From: an archaeon | Lineage (GTDB): Archaea; Nanobdellota; Nanobdellia; Pacearchaeales; GW2011-AR1 | Reading direction: 5' to 3' | Assembly (NCBI GenBank): GCA_043810775.1 | Contig: JBDRNU010000017.1 | Location: 1 to 35,603, forward strand | DNA length: 35,603 bases | Shown here: positions 1 through 8,680 of the stretch, one piece after another | Layout: every line of letters starts with the position of its first letter | Numbering within the stretch: the stretch's first letter is position 1 | Made by a program: the position numbers and the translations under genes | Notes under the pieces: model-generated | Told to the model about the DNA's origin: nothing | What the model saw: only the letters and a program-made list of their open reading frames with translations | Databases searched by the model: none

Positions 1-950
1 AAGGAGTATTTCTAACTCCAAATCATGTAAGCTGGGCAGACCATATTCTGATAATGAAAGATGTTAACGGACAAGTCCAAGAGAATAGGGTGTCTTCACA
101 TAAGTTCTTTGCTCCAAATGGGCAAATCATGGCTGCAGCTGGCAAGGAAAAATATTTTAGGTTTCCTTTTTTTGGATTCATACTAAGGCAAGGGAAACAG
201 GTTCCAATTACAAACATAAAATACGAATTTGAAAAATGGTATCCTGGCGCTCCCCAAGAACAAAAAGATGAAATCTTAAATGGCCTTACTCCGAAACAAA
301 GAGATAAATGGAATAAAGAAGGAAGAAAGCTAAGTCAGCTTTTCTATGATACATATGAAAAAGTAATAGAGCCCCAGCCAGATCATGCTGTAAACCTTCT
401 TACTAGAGACTCTCTTCGCCATACTTCAGAAAACATAGGACTCTCAATTAAAGATGGTAAACTCATTCTAGTATATTTAGAAGGCACACGAAGCAAAACA
501 GGTAAAATGCAGCCAATAAAAACTGGCTCAACACAAATAATCTTAGAACACCAAGGTTTCAGTATTCCCACAGCAGTAACAGGCACAGATAAACTCTGGC
601 CAAAACAAAACGGAATATATTATATGTGGCCTTTTATAAGAGATTATCTTATAACTAAAAAAGTCCCTCCTGTAAAATTAAGAGTGAAATATGGTGCTCC
701 AATTCCTCACGAAGAAATTCTTGCAGAATGTAAAAAAGAATTTGAAGAAAAAGACAAGCAGGCCCACATCCCCCAGCTTGAAGAGCTAGTAGATTTAATT
801 AAAGAAAAAAAATTTATAGCATTTAGCGGAGAATATGAAAGATTCCAGCCAGTATTTAGTTTTACAGCAAAATACCTAATGGAAAGAGTTAATGATATGC
901 TTCCTAGTGAATATAAAACAAAACAAGTTGAAGTAAAATATCCTAAATAA
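1..950 (+). CDS. Lysophospholipid/glycerol-3-phosphate acyltransferase (PlsC/LPLAT family), 5'-truncated at window edge
   Basis: The frame is open upstream of the listed ATG at 54: from nt 3 it reads GVFLTPNHVSWADHILIM, containing the catalytic NHxSxxD (HX4D) motif. Downstream are YLEGTRSKTG (block III, FPEGTRS-like) and IPTAVTG (block IV). Confidence 0.8.
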   Translation, partial: GVFLTPNHVSWADHILIMKDVNGQVQENRVSSHKFFAPNGQIMAAAGKEKYFRFPFFGFILRQGKQVPITNIKYEFEKWYPGAPQEQKDEILNGLTPKQRDKWNKEGRKLSQLFYDTYEKVIEPQPDHAVNLLTRDSLRHTSENIGLSIKDGKLILVYLEGTRSKTGKMQPIKTGSTQIILEHQGFSIPTAVTGTDKLWPKQNGIYYMWPFIRDYLITKKVPPVKLRVKYGAPIPHEEILAECKKEFEEKDKQAHIPQLEELVDLIKEKKFIAFSGEYERFQPVFSFTAKYLMERVNDMLPSEYKTKQVEVKYPK

Positions 951-967
951 ATCAAAAGGAGGTCAAA

Positions 968-1117
968 ATGGCAAATCTAGGCATAACAATAGCAGCCCCA
1001 ATAATGTCCTTAATTTTTGGAATTCTAATCTTAGCTTTTCCAAAATTTCTAAGATATTTTGTAGGGTTATGGTTCATAATATTTGGTGCATTAGAATTAT
1101 TAGCAATATACATCTAA
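968..1117 (+). CDS. Small two-TM membrane protein, DUF3096-like (49 aa; not in ORF track)
   Basis: Manual translation gives MANLGITIAAPIMSLIFGILILAFPKFLRYFVGLWFIIFGALELLAIYI*. A strong Shine-Dalgarno GGAGGT lies at 958-963. The LIxGILILxxPxxLxYxV pattern resembles DUF3096. Confidence 0.75.
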   Translation: MANLGITIAAPIMSLIFGILILAFPKFLRYFVGLWFIIFGALELLAIYI

Positions 1118-1932
1118 TCAATAAGCAAAGAAGCTCCAATAATACCTGGGTGCTCTAATTTAGTAAATTTAATCTCAGGAATTCTTGGAATTATTGAATA
1201 TTTCCTAACTTGCTTTTTAATCATATCTAAACAAGGTTTCCCAGCATCCCTAAACCCTCCACCCAGAACAACAACTTCAGGATCAAAAACATTGATTAAA
1301 CTTGCAATTCCCATTCCAAGATAGCTGAAAAGCTCATTTAAGATTTTCCTTGCATTAGGATTATTCATCTTAATTAAATCCTTAACCATTAGTTCCTTGC
1401 CAAAATACTTTTTAGTTAAAAAAGCCTGTCTTTTTCTGGCAACTAAATTTTCTAAATCCTTCCCATTATCAATAATAATATGCCCTAATTCCCCTGCATA
1501 ACCTTCCCCCCTATATAACTCTCCATTAATTATAACTCCACCGCCAACCCCAGTTCCAATAGTAAGAATAAAAAAGTTTTTCTTTTTTGCTCCAAATTTA
1601 GCTTCAGCAAGTGCAACGCAATTTGCATCATTTTCAATTACAACTTTTTTCCTGAATTTATTCTCCAAGAATCTCTGCAGATTAAAGTTCCTTAAAGGCA
1701 AATTAGGTGGGTTTTTTATTATCCCCTTGTCAAGCGGCCCTGCACTCCCAACACCTATGCCCTTCACTTTACTGCTCATAACTCTTTCAATACTGTCAAC
1801 TATCTCACTAATCAAAGCTTGTTTTGTTTTAGGGGTATCTTTCTTAATATACTTGATAATTTTCCCATTCTTAACTAAAGCTGCTCTTAGATTAGTCCCC
1901 CCCAAATCTAAAGCAATTACCTCTTTATCCAT
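1114..1932 (-). CDS. ROK family sugar kinase (glucokinase-like)
   Basis: Motifs DLGGTN, ENDANCVALAE, GTGVGGG and GELGH. Confidence 0.9.
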   Translation of the reverse strand: MDKEVIALDLGGTNLRAALVKNGKIIKYIKKDTPKTKQALISEIVDSIERVMSSKVKGIGVGSAGPLDKGIIKNPPNLPLRNFNLQRFLENKFRKKVVIENDANCVALAEAKFGAKKKNFFILTIGTGVGGGVIINGELYRGEGYAGELGHIIIDNGKDLENLVARKRQAFLTKKYFGKELMVKDLIKMNNPNARKILNELFSYLGMGIASLINVFDPEVVVLGGGFRDAGKPCLDMIKKQVRKYSIIPRIPEIKFTKLEHPGIIGASLLID

Positions 1933-2018
1933 AAGTACTACTAGATTTTACTGTTTAAAAAACTAATGATAATTTTAAATATTCAAATGTATTTTGCATA
2001 TAAATTAAAGGGGGGAAA
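1933..2018. promoter_or_regulatory. Divergent promoter region between ROK kinase and hydrogenase operon
   Basis: 86-bp AT-rich gap between divergent starts with TATA-like tracts (TTTAAAAA about 1954, TTTTAAAT about 1973) and a G-rich SD-like AAGGGGGGA just before ATG 2019. Confidence 0.45.
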
Positions 2019-2966
2019 ATGCAAAAACTGCTTCCAAAAGCTAGAATTCATGATTTCATAAAAAACTTGATGAAGAATTATGAAGTTATAGCGCCAGTAA
2101 AAGAAAAAATAACTAAGTTTAAGGTAATTTCAAGTCCAGAAGAGATTTATCTTAAAGAAATCACCCAAGTTCCGATAAAACAGTTCTTTTTGCCGGAAAA
2201 TGAAACTTTAATAGATTATAAAAAAAGTAATCTTCATGCAAATAAAGACAAAACCCTCCAAAGAGTAATTTTTGGATTAAGAAAATGCGACACTAATGCT
2301 CTTCTAGTTCTAGATAAAATCATGATTGACCCACTATATATCCACAAGAGAAAAAAATCAATACTGATAGGTCTTTACTGCGAAAATCCTGATAAATACT
2401 GCTTTTGCAGCTCAATGGAGCTAGTAGATAGTTATGATTTGTTTTTTTACCCTGAAGGCAACAACTACCATATCTCCATTGGCTCAAAAGAAGGAGAAGC
2501 TCTTGTCAAAAATCTTCCTAAAGCAAAAAAAGAAGTTATAAAGCCATTTATAAATACAAAAGTTTTGAAAAATAAATCCATAGAAAAAGACTACAAAAAC
2601 AAAATCTGGCTAACTGATGTTGAAAAATGCCTAAGCTGTTCTGCGTGCACTGTCTATTGCCCCACATGCAACTGTTTTGATATATCTGATAAACTAAATA
2701 TCAATCTAAAAGATTCGTCAAGAGCAAGATTTCAGGCATCATGCCAGCTTAAAAGCTTTTCAAGAGTAGCTGGCGGAAAGGTATTTCGCGACTCACGGGC
2801 TTCTCGTTTCAAGCATTTTATATATCACAAAATTATTTACTATAAAAACAAATATAACAAATATATGTGTGTGGGTTGTGGTCGCTGTCTTCGTGTCTGC
2901 CCCACTAATATTGATTGGGTTAATACAATCAACTTGCTCAAAAACACAGGAAAAAACAAAAAATGA
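2019..2966 (+). CDS. hydB: Group 3b [NiFe] sulfhydrogenase beta subunit (4Fe-4S dicluster, AsrA-like)
   Basis: CLSCSACTVYCPTCNCF and CVGCGRCLRVCP ferredoxin motifs, plus YCFC; first gene of a beta-gamma-delta-alpha operon. Confidence 0.88.
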   Translation: MQKLLPKARIHDFIKNLMKNYEVIAPVKEKITKFKVISSPEEIYLKEITQVPIKQFFLPENETLIDYKKSNLHANKDKTLQRVIFGLRKCDTNALLVLDKIMIDPLYIHKRKKSILIGLYCENPDKYCFCSSMELVDSYDLFFYPEGNNYHISIGSKEGEALVKNLPKAKKEVIKPFINTKVLKNKSIEKDYKNKIWLTDVEKCLSCSACTVYCPTCNCFDISDKLNINLKDSSRARFQASCQLKSFSRVAGGKVFRDSRASRFKHFIYHKIIYYKNKYNKYMCVGCGRCLRVCPTNIDWVNTINLLKNTGKNKK

Positions 2967-3754
2967 CCTATCTGCCAATAAAATATAAAATAACTGGAAT
3001 AAAATGCCTGGCAGATGATATCAAATTATTCTATGTTAAGTCAAACCTAAATCCCATGCCCGGCCAGTTTATTGAAGTATCTCTGCCAGGAATAGGTGAA
3101 ATTCCCCTAGCATCTTGCACTTTTGACAAGAATAATATTAATCTGCTAGTTAGAAATGTGGGAATAGTAACCTCAAAGTTATTTAGTTTAAAAAATAAAG
3201 ACTCAATTTTTATCCGCGGGCCATATGGAAAGGGGTGGCCCCTTAACGAGTTGAAGGAAAAAGACCTGTTTATCATCGCAGGTGGAACGGGAATTGCTCC
3301 AGTAACCTCTCTGATAGAATATATTGAGAAAAACAAAAAAGATTTCAGAAAAATAAGCATTTATTTTGGATTTAGAAGCAAGGAATACATCCTCCTAAAA
3401 GAGAAGATAAATTCCTGGAAGAAAAAATTTAAGCTCATAATAAGTCTTGATGAAAAAGCAAAAGGATATGAAACAGGGCATCTCCCAAATATAATAGAAA
3501 AAACCAGGCTAAATGCAGAAAATTCTGTTGCTTTAATGTGTGGCCCGGAAATAATGATGTCCTCATCAACTAAAGCACTAAATAAAATAGGCTTGGCAAA
3601 TAATAAAATTTTCTGGAGCTTGGAAAGAAGAATGGAATGTGCAATAGGAAACTGTGGACGCTGCTTAATACAAGATGTGTATGTATGTAAAGATGGACCA
3701 GTATTCCGTTATGATAAAATTAAGCCTAAACTTGAAAATGAACAGTCAAATTAA
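2963..3754 (+). CDS. hydG: Sulfhydrogenase gamma subunit (FAD/NAD(P)-binding, 2Fe-2S)
   Basis: PGQF, RGPYGKGW, AGGTGIAP, MCGPEIMM and ERRMECAIGNCGRC...VCKDGPVF; ATGA overlap with hydB. Confidence 0.9.
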   Translation: MTYLPIKYKITGIKCLADDIKLFYVKSNLNPMPGQFIEVSLPGIGEIPLASCTFDKNNINLLVRNVGIVTSKLFSLKNKDSIFIRGPYGKGWPLNELKEKDLFIIAGGTGIAPVTSLIEYIEKNKKDFRKISIYFGFRSKEYILLKEKINSWKKKFKLIISLDEKAKGYETGHLPNIIEKTRLNAENSVALMCGPEIMMSSSTKALNKIGLANNKIFWSLERRMECAIGNCGRCLIQDVYVCKDGPVFRYDKIKPKLENEQSN

Positions 3755-3761
3755 GCCTAAA
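3717..3761 (+). repeat. 14-bp direct repeat AAATTAAGCCTAAA at the hydG/hydD junction
   Basis: Identical copies at 3717-3730 and 3748-3761. Confidence 0.7.
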
Positions 3762-4514
3762 ATAGGAATTTATGGGATTTCAGGATGTGCAGGATGTTTG
3801 CTAACTTTCCTGTATGAAGATTGCTTTAAAGAAATTTCCAATCTATTTGATATAAAAGCATTTCCAATGATAAAAGAAGATTCTTATCAGGGAAATTTTG
3901 ATTATGTTTTCATAGAAGGAACAGTCTGTTTTGATGAAGACATTCTTACAATAAACCAACTGAGAAAAAGAGCTGATAAAATAATAGCCCTTGGTTCTTG
4001 CTCCTGCTTTGGAGGAGTTCCGTCAATGAAAAACTTCCTCAACCAGGAAAAAACAATGAAACTAGTATACCCTAAATATAATCACCTAAAAGAAACTAAT
4101 CCTGAACCAATTGATATGCACATTAAAGTAGATTTTTACTTGCCGCAATGCCCTCCTAATAAAGAAGAAATTTTAAGATTCATAAAAAATATTGTGGCTG
4201 GCTCAGAATTTAAGCCTTATGCTGACCCTGTTTGCTTTGAATGTAGAAAACTAGGAAATGCTTGTTTGCTGGAGTCAAATGAAATTTGCCTTGGCCCAAT
4301 TACAAATGGTGGCTGTGATGCTCTCTGTCCTTCAAATAGTGTTGAATGCTATGGCTGTCGCGGGCCATGCAAAGATGCCAATATTAAGGCATTTTCCGAG
4401 TTGCTTAAGCAAAAAGGATATACTCTTCAAGCTCTTCGCGATAAAATGCAGACTTTTGCAGGCTTGCAATTCAAAGAAGAGGAGGAAAAAGTTTCAAAAT
4501 GGCTGGAGAAATAA
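3738..4514 (+). CDS. hydD: [NiFe] hydrogenase small (delta) subunit
   Basis: GCAGC, FIEG, ALGSCSCFGGVP, QCPP, VCFEC and CLGPIT..GC.A.CP...CYGCRG. Start placed at ATG 3738 (MNSQIKPKIG), not GTG 3675. Confidence 0.9.
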   Translation: MNSQIKPKIGIYGISGCAGCLLTFLYEDCFKEISNLFDIKAFPMIKEDSYQGNFDYVFIEGTVCFDEDILTINQLRKRADKIIALGSCSCFGGVPSMKNFLNQEKTMKLVYPKYNHLKETNPEPIDMHIKVDFYLPQCPPNKEEILRFIKNIVAGSEFKPYADPVCFECRKLGNACLLESNEICLGPITNGGCDALCPSNSVECYGCRGPCKDANIKAFSELLKQKGYTLQALRDKMQTFAGLQFKEEEEKVSKWLEK

Positions 4515-5755
4515 ATTTAAATCATATATGCAAAATAGAAGGTCATGCACACCTCACTTTAAAAATTGAAAAAAACAAAGTTTCAGTCTGCGAGCTCAAA
4601 GCAGCTGAAGGTGCGCGCTTTTTTGAAGCTCTGGTTCTGGGGAAAAAAATACAAGATATTCAAGAAATTGTCTCAAGAATCTGCGGAATTTGCAGCTGCG
4701 CTCACTCAGTATCCTCTATCCAGGCATTAGAAGAAGCCCTCAATATTCATCCAAGTGAACAGCAAAAGGCAATTCGTGAACTCTTAATGATTGGCGAGCG
4801 AATAAGAAGCAGTATAACTCATCTTTATTTCATGTCTCTTCCTGATTATTTAGGGTATAAATCAGCTTTATCAATGTCCCCTACTCACAAAGAAAAAATC
4901 AGCGACGCTCTTGCTTTAATCTCGCTTGGAAATAAAATTATTGAAGCTTTAGGTGGTAGGGAAATGCACCCTTTTCTTGAAATTAATAAAAAATTAAGAG
5001 AAATTGACAAAGATAAGCTAATAAAAGAAATTGAAAACTCAAAAAAATTATTTATTAAAACAATAAATTTATTTTTCAGTCTAAATCATCCTAAAATTGA
5101 AAGGAACACAGATTACCTTTCACTAAAAGACAAAACATATGCTATAATCTCAGGAAAAATAAAGTCAAATTCAGGGTTAATTGATGATAATAACTATAAG
5201 AAACATCTAAAAGAAAACATAAAAGAGTACTCCACATCAAAATTTGTCCTTAAAGATGAAAAGCCATTTGTTACAGGAGCCTCAGCTAGAATTAATAACA
5301 ACTCAGACCAGCTGGATATTGAAACAAAAAAATATTTAAGAAAAAATAAGCTCTCTCAAAATAATCCCTTTTTTAATAACCTGGCTCAGGCAATAGAGCT
5401 TCTTCATCTGGCCAACAGGGCAGTAAAACTAATTGAAAATCTTCAAATTGAAAAGCAAAAAATACAGCTGAAAATAAAACAAGGCGTAGGAGTTTCAGCT
5501 GTAGAAGCTCCGCGAGGAACCTTATTTCATGAGTATAAGATAAATAATCAGGGAGTAATTGATTACTGCAATATCATAACCCCTACAGCTCAAAACCTCA
5601 ATTCAATGGAGCTGGATATAAAACAGCTTGCCAACTCTTTGCTTCTGAAAAATACAAGCAAAGAAAAAATAATCCTGGAAATAGAAAAACTAATCCGAGC
5701 ATATGACCCTTGCTTTTCATGCTCAACCCACTTCCTTAAAGTGAAATGGTTATAA
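4499..5755 (+). CDS. hydA: Group 3b [NiFe] hydrogenase large (alpha) subunit
   Basis: KIEGH, ARFFE, L1 motif RICGICSCAH, EAPRGTLFH, and L2 motif DPCFSCSTH followed by a 7-aa cleavable tail (FLKVKWL). Confidence 0.93.
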   Translation: MAGEINLNHICKIEGHAHLTLKIEKNKVSVCELKAAEGARFFEALVLGKKIQDIQEIVSRICGICSCAHSVSSIQALEEALNIHPSEQQKAIRELLMIGERIRSSITHLYFMSLPDYLGYKSALSMSPTHKEKISDALALISLGNKIIEALGGREMHPFLEINKKLREIDKDKLIKEIENSKKLFIKTINLFFSLNHPKIERNTDYLSLKDKTYAIISGKIKSNSGLIDDNNYKKHLKENIKEYSTSKFVLKDEKPFVTGASARINNNSDQLDIETKKYLRKNKLSQNNPFFNNLAQAIELLHLANRAVKLIENLQIEKQKIQLKIKQGVGVSAVEAPRGTLFHEYKINNQGVIDYCNIITPTAQNLNSMELDIKQLANSLLLKNTSKEKIILEIEKLIRAYDPCFSCSTHFLKVKWL

Positions 5756-6100
5756 TTCAAGCTTCTCTTTAATATCTTTCTTTATCATCTCCTTATCCCC
5801 ATACTGGGGAATCCCAATAATTCTAACACCTAATCCAATTAACTGCAAAATAAAACTTGCGTCCAAATCATGGGCAGTTGATATCTTGCTCTCTTGCAAG
5901 TCATTTAAGCTTATCTCCCTGACTTCCTTCAAGTTTTCTACAACATCTAAAATAACTATTTTCTCTTGTGAGTTTAAATACTCAATTAGCTGGAAACTGT
6001 CTTTAATCATAATTATATTGTACTCAGCTAATTCACCAGCTACCTCTTTAGCTAAACTGTCTTCTTTAACAAACTCATTTCCTAAACATAAAATTTTCAT
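5750..6100 (-). CDS. Hydrogenase maturation endopeptidase (HycI/HybD family)
   Basis: From ATG 6100: MKILCLGNEFVKEDSLA...IVILDVV...STAHDL, matching the GNxxxxDD / D / STH pattern. Adjacent to hydA, which has a cleavable tail. Confidence 0.8.
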   Translation of the reverse strand: MKILCLGNEFVKEDSLAKEVAGELAEYNIIMIKDSFQLIEYLNSQEKIVILDVVENLKEVREISLNDLQESKISTAHDLDASFILQLIGLGVRIIGIPQYGDKEMIKKDIKEKLEL

Positions 6101-6150
6101 AAATAAACATGCCAAGAAAAGCTTAAATATATTATTAAGTTCTAGTTTAA

Positions 6151-7041
6151 ATGAAAAAAGAGGCACTAGGCACACTGCTGATTTTACTTACTGCAATAAG
6201 CTCAGGTATAGCTATAGTAGTCAACAAGTTTTTTGTTGCTTCAATAGACCCGCTAATACTTACAGCTTCACGAGCACTGATAATAGGAATTATATTTCTC
6301 GCTATTTCCTTGTTTATTTCCAAATCATCAAATAAAAAGTTCAACAAAGTTTCATGGAAATATTTAGTCTTAATTGGTATAATAGGAGGAAGTGTAGCTT
6401 TCTGGATGTTTTTTGAAGGTCTGAAATTAACTACAGCAGGAAGAGCAGCATTTATTCATAAAACCCTTCCTATTTATGCCTTTATTCTGGCTTTTATTTT
6501 TCTTAAGGAAAAAATAACAAAAAATCAGATTCTTGCTCTTGGAATAATGCTTCTTGGCCTAATATTGCTGGAATCTGGGAATGTACTAACAGAAATTAGA
6601 ACTGGAGATTTCCTAGTTCTTCTAGCTACTTGTTTATGGGCTATTGAAAATACTATTGCTAAAAAAGCAATGCTGAAAAAAGAGTCAAATTTTGTTGTTG
6701 TATTTTCAAGAATGTTTTTCGGCTCTATAATTCTTTTTGCAATTATATTTATTCTGGGAAAGTCTGGCGAGCTCCTCACCCTAAATTCAAAACAAGTTGC
6801 CTATATTTTAGTTTCAGGATTATTTTTATTATTTTATGTGCTAACTTATTACTGGGGCTTAAAATATATTAACCTATCAAAAGCTTCAACCATACTCCTA
6901 ATCTCTCCAGTTATCTCTCTGATTTTAGGTTATATCTGGCTAAGCGAGCAAGTCCTAGCCTTACAGCTAGCTGGTTCCCTCCTTATTCTAATTGGAGCTT
7001 ACTTTACTTCAAAAACAAAAAGTGAATCAAGAGAGATTTAA
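6151..7041 (+). CDS. DMT/EamA family transporter
   Basis: About 10 TM helices in two repeats; motifs AFIFLKEKI, GDFLVLLA and LGYIWLSE. Confidence 0.88.
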   Translation: MKKEALGTLLILLTAISSGIAIVVNKFFVASIDPLILTASRALIIGIIFLAISLFISKSSNKKFNKVSWKYLVLIGIIGGSVAFWMFFEGLKLTTAGRAAFIHKTLPIYAFILAFIFLKEKITKNQILALGIMLLGLILLESGNVLTEIRTGDFLVLLATCLWAIENTIAKKAMLKKESNFVVVFSRMFFGSIILFAIIFILGKSGELLTLNSKQVAYILVSGLFLLFYVLTYYWGLKYINLSKASTILLISPVISLILGYIWLSEQVLALQLAGSLLILIGAYFTSKTKSESREI

Positions 7042-7511
7042 TCTAGCTTTTCAACAGCATAGGAAAAATGAATTCTTACCTTGTCGCCAACCTTTACTTC
7101 TTTTAAAATATCAGAAAAAACAACTCTCTCCGAATCCCCATATTTTACTACAAGCAAATTCTCTTTTTTCTTTATAATTTCAGCAACATGAACCCTGCAC
7201 AAATCTTTCAGGCTTTCAGGCATAACTTTATAGGTCCCTTCCCCATCTCCAATAAATTTATTATGCTCTTCCAGCCAGTATTTCTTAATTAAATCTAAAT
7301 CCCAGTAATATTTATTCATTTCTCTAGCTAGAATTTTAATTCGCCTAAATGCAGAAGAAAAAAGCTTTTCAAGTTCCTCTCTTGTTGGAATAATGCCCTG
7401 TTTAAACTGTCTTTCAAGTTCATTATAATCTTCCTCACTTAACTGTCCAAGCTCAACTTTTAAATAAGCACACGGAAAAGCATACATAAAAAAATATTGT
7501 TCAGGATTCAT
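7038..7511 (-). CDS. Hypothetical protein with C-terminal HypC-like OB-fold (DUF6390-like)
   Basis: N-terminal YAFPC; the C-terminal LCRVHVAEI...VKVGDKVRIHFSYAVEKL aligns by eye with HypC; lies 1 bp downstream of hypC. Confidence 0.6.
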   Translation of the reverse strand: MNPEQYFFMYAFPCAYLKVELGQLSEEDYNELERQFKQGIIPTREELEKLFSSAFRRIKILAREMNKYYWDLDLIKKYWLEEHNKFIGDGEGTYKVMPESLKDLCRVHVAEIIKKKENLLVVKYGDSERVVFSDILKEVKVGDKVRIHFSYAVEKLD

Positions 7512-7512
7512 T

Positions 7513-7725
7513 TTAGTTGTAGATTTTTAATTCATCAAGCATCTTATAAGCTTCCAAAGCATCTTTTTCAGGAACTTTCTTAATGACAAACCCCACACTT
7601 ACAATAACATACTCACCTTCCTTAACTGAAATCAAGCTTTTAGCTGTTCTTTTCTCAGACTTATAATCAACCTCTATATTTTCTCCATCAACCTTAACAA
7701 CTTTTCCAGGAATTGCAAAACACAT
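7513..7725 (-). CDS. hypC: Hydrogenase maturation chaperone HypC
   Basis: N-terminal MCFAIPGKV signature and GEYVIVSVGF. Confidence 0.88.
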   Translation of the reverse strand: MCFAIPGKVVKVDGENIEVDYKSEKRTAKSLISVKEGEYVIVSVGFVIKKVPEKDALEAYKMLDELKIYN

Positions 7726-7726
7726 A

Positions 7727-8044
7727 CTAGTATTTAACTTTCAAAACTTTTATATCTTTTCCTTCTGTTACTTTGGGCAGATTTCCGCATTTAGGGCAAG
7801 AAAATAATACTAAGTCATGCATTTTCCCATTAATTTTAGCTCTCCCACTATAACTGCACTTGCATTTCACCCTAGATATCTTCTCCCTAATATTAACTGC
7901 CCACCCTGTCATCTTTTCAATAATCTCTTTTAATTCTTCTCCAGAAATACCGGCAAGCTCCCCAACTTCCAATTCCATCTCCTTGACTTTGCCTTTGTCT
8001 TTAACTTGTTCAATTATATTTTTAGCAAAAACAATTTCATGCAT
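7727..8044 (-). CDS. hypA: Hydrogenase nickel metallochaperone HypA
   Basis: N-terminal MHE Ni site, VGELAGI, CKC and CPKCG Zn ligands, and a terminal GKDIKV. Confidence 0.85.
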   Translation of the reverse strand: MHEIVFAKNIIEQVKDKGKVKEMELEVGELAGISGEELKEIIEKMTGWAVNIREKISRVKCKCSYSGRAKINGKMHDLVLFSCPKCGNLPKVTEGKDIKVLKVKY

Positions 8045-8048
8045 CTTT

Positions 8049-8678
8049 TTATAAAGAAATCAGATTTTTTAAAACCTTTCCAGGATTTTTCGCTTTTGTT
8101 ATGGCAGAAGATAAAGCAATCCCACTTGCTCCAAGTTTCATTGCAACTCTCAAATCTTCATTGCTGTGAATCCCAGCCCCTACTAAAAACTTAACTTTCA
8201 AATGCTTGGCAGTTTGCAAAATTAAATCTGGCTTTGCTTTGGAAACTGAATTTCTGCCTCCAACCAGTTCAGGAGGTTCTATAACTATATAGCTGGGATT
8301 TAGCTTTTGTATTCTTCTAGCTTCCCTTAAAGTAGAAGCAAAAACTAAAGTCTTAAGCCCAGTTTCCTTGCACCTCTTTACAGTTCTCTTTAATATTCTG
8401 AATTTTAGCTTATGCTCAGAGTGATTCAAAAACGCTCCCACAGCCCCGTCAACCTTAATTGCTTCAGCTAGAATATAACCAGTATGCCTTCCTGGAGAAA
8501 AATAATCTACATGCTGAGCATATATTTTTAGTTTAGTCTTTCTTGTAATTTCATAAATGTCACTTGCCTGAACACCTACAATTATATTTCTATCCACCTT
8601 CTCAATAGCTTTTGCTAGGTTAATTGCTTTCATCCCCTGCTTATACGTTTTTAAGTTTACTACTATAATAGGTTTCAT
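8049..8678 (-). CDS. tpiA: Triosephosphate isomerase (archaeal short type)
   Basis: VNLKTY, AQHVD, NHSEH, IEPPELVG and GAGI. Confidence 0.93.
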   Translation of the reverse strand: MKPIIVVNLKTYKQGMKAINLAKAIEKVDRNIIVGVQASDIYEITRKTKLKIYAQHVDYFSPGRHTGYILAEAIKVDGAVGAFLNHSEHKLKFRILKRTVKRCKETGLKTLVFASTLREARRIQKLNPSYIVIEPPELVGGRNSVSKAKPDLILQTAKHLKVKFLVGAGIHSNEDLRVAMKLGASGIALSSAITKAKNPGKVLKNLISL

Positions 8679-8680
8679 TG

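Noticed and set aside
2019-3754. Anaerobic sulfite reductase AsrA/AsrB
   Set aside because: These are homologous, but no AsrC is present and the genes are coupled to NiFe small and large subunits, so they are sulfhydrogenase beta/gamma.
4499-5755. Selenocysteine or stop-codon readthrough in the hydrogenase
   Set aside because: All four Ni-Fe ligand positions are ordinary Cys codons and the ORFs are intact under the standard code.
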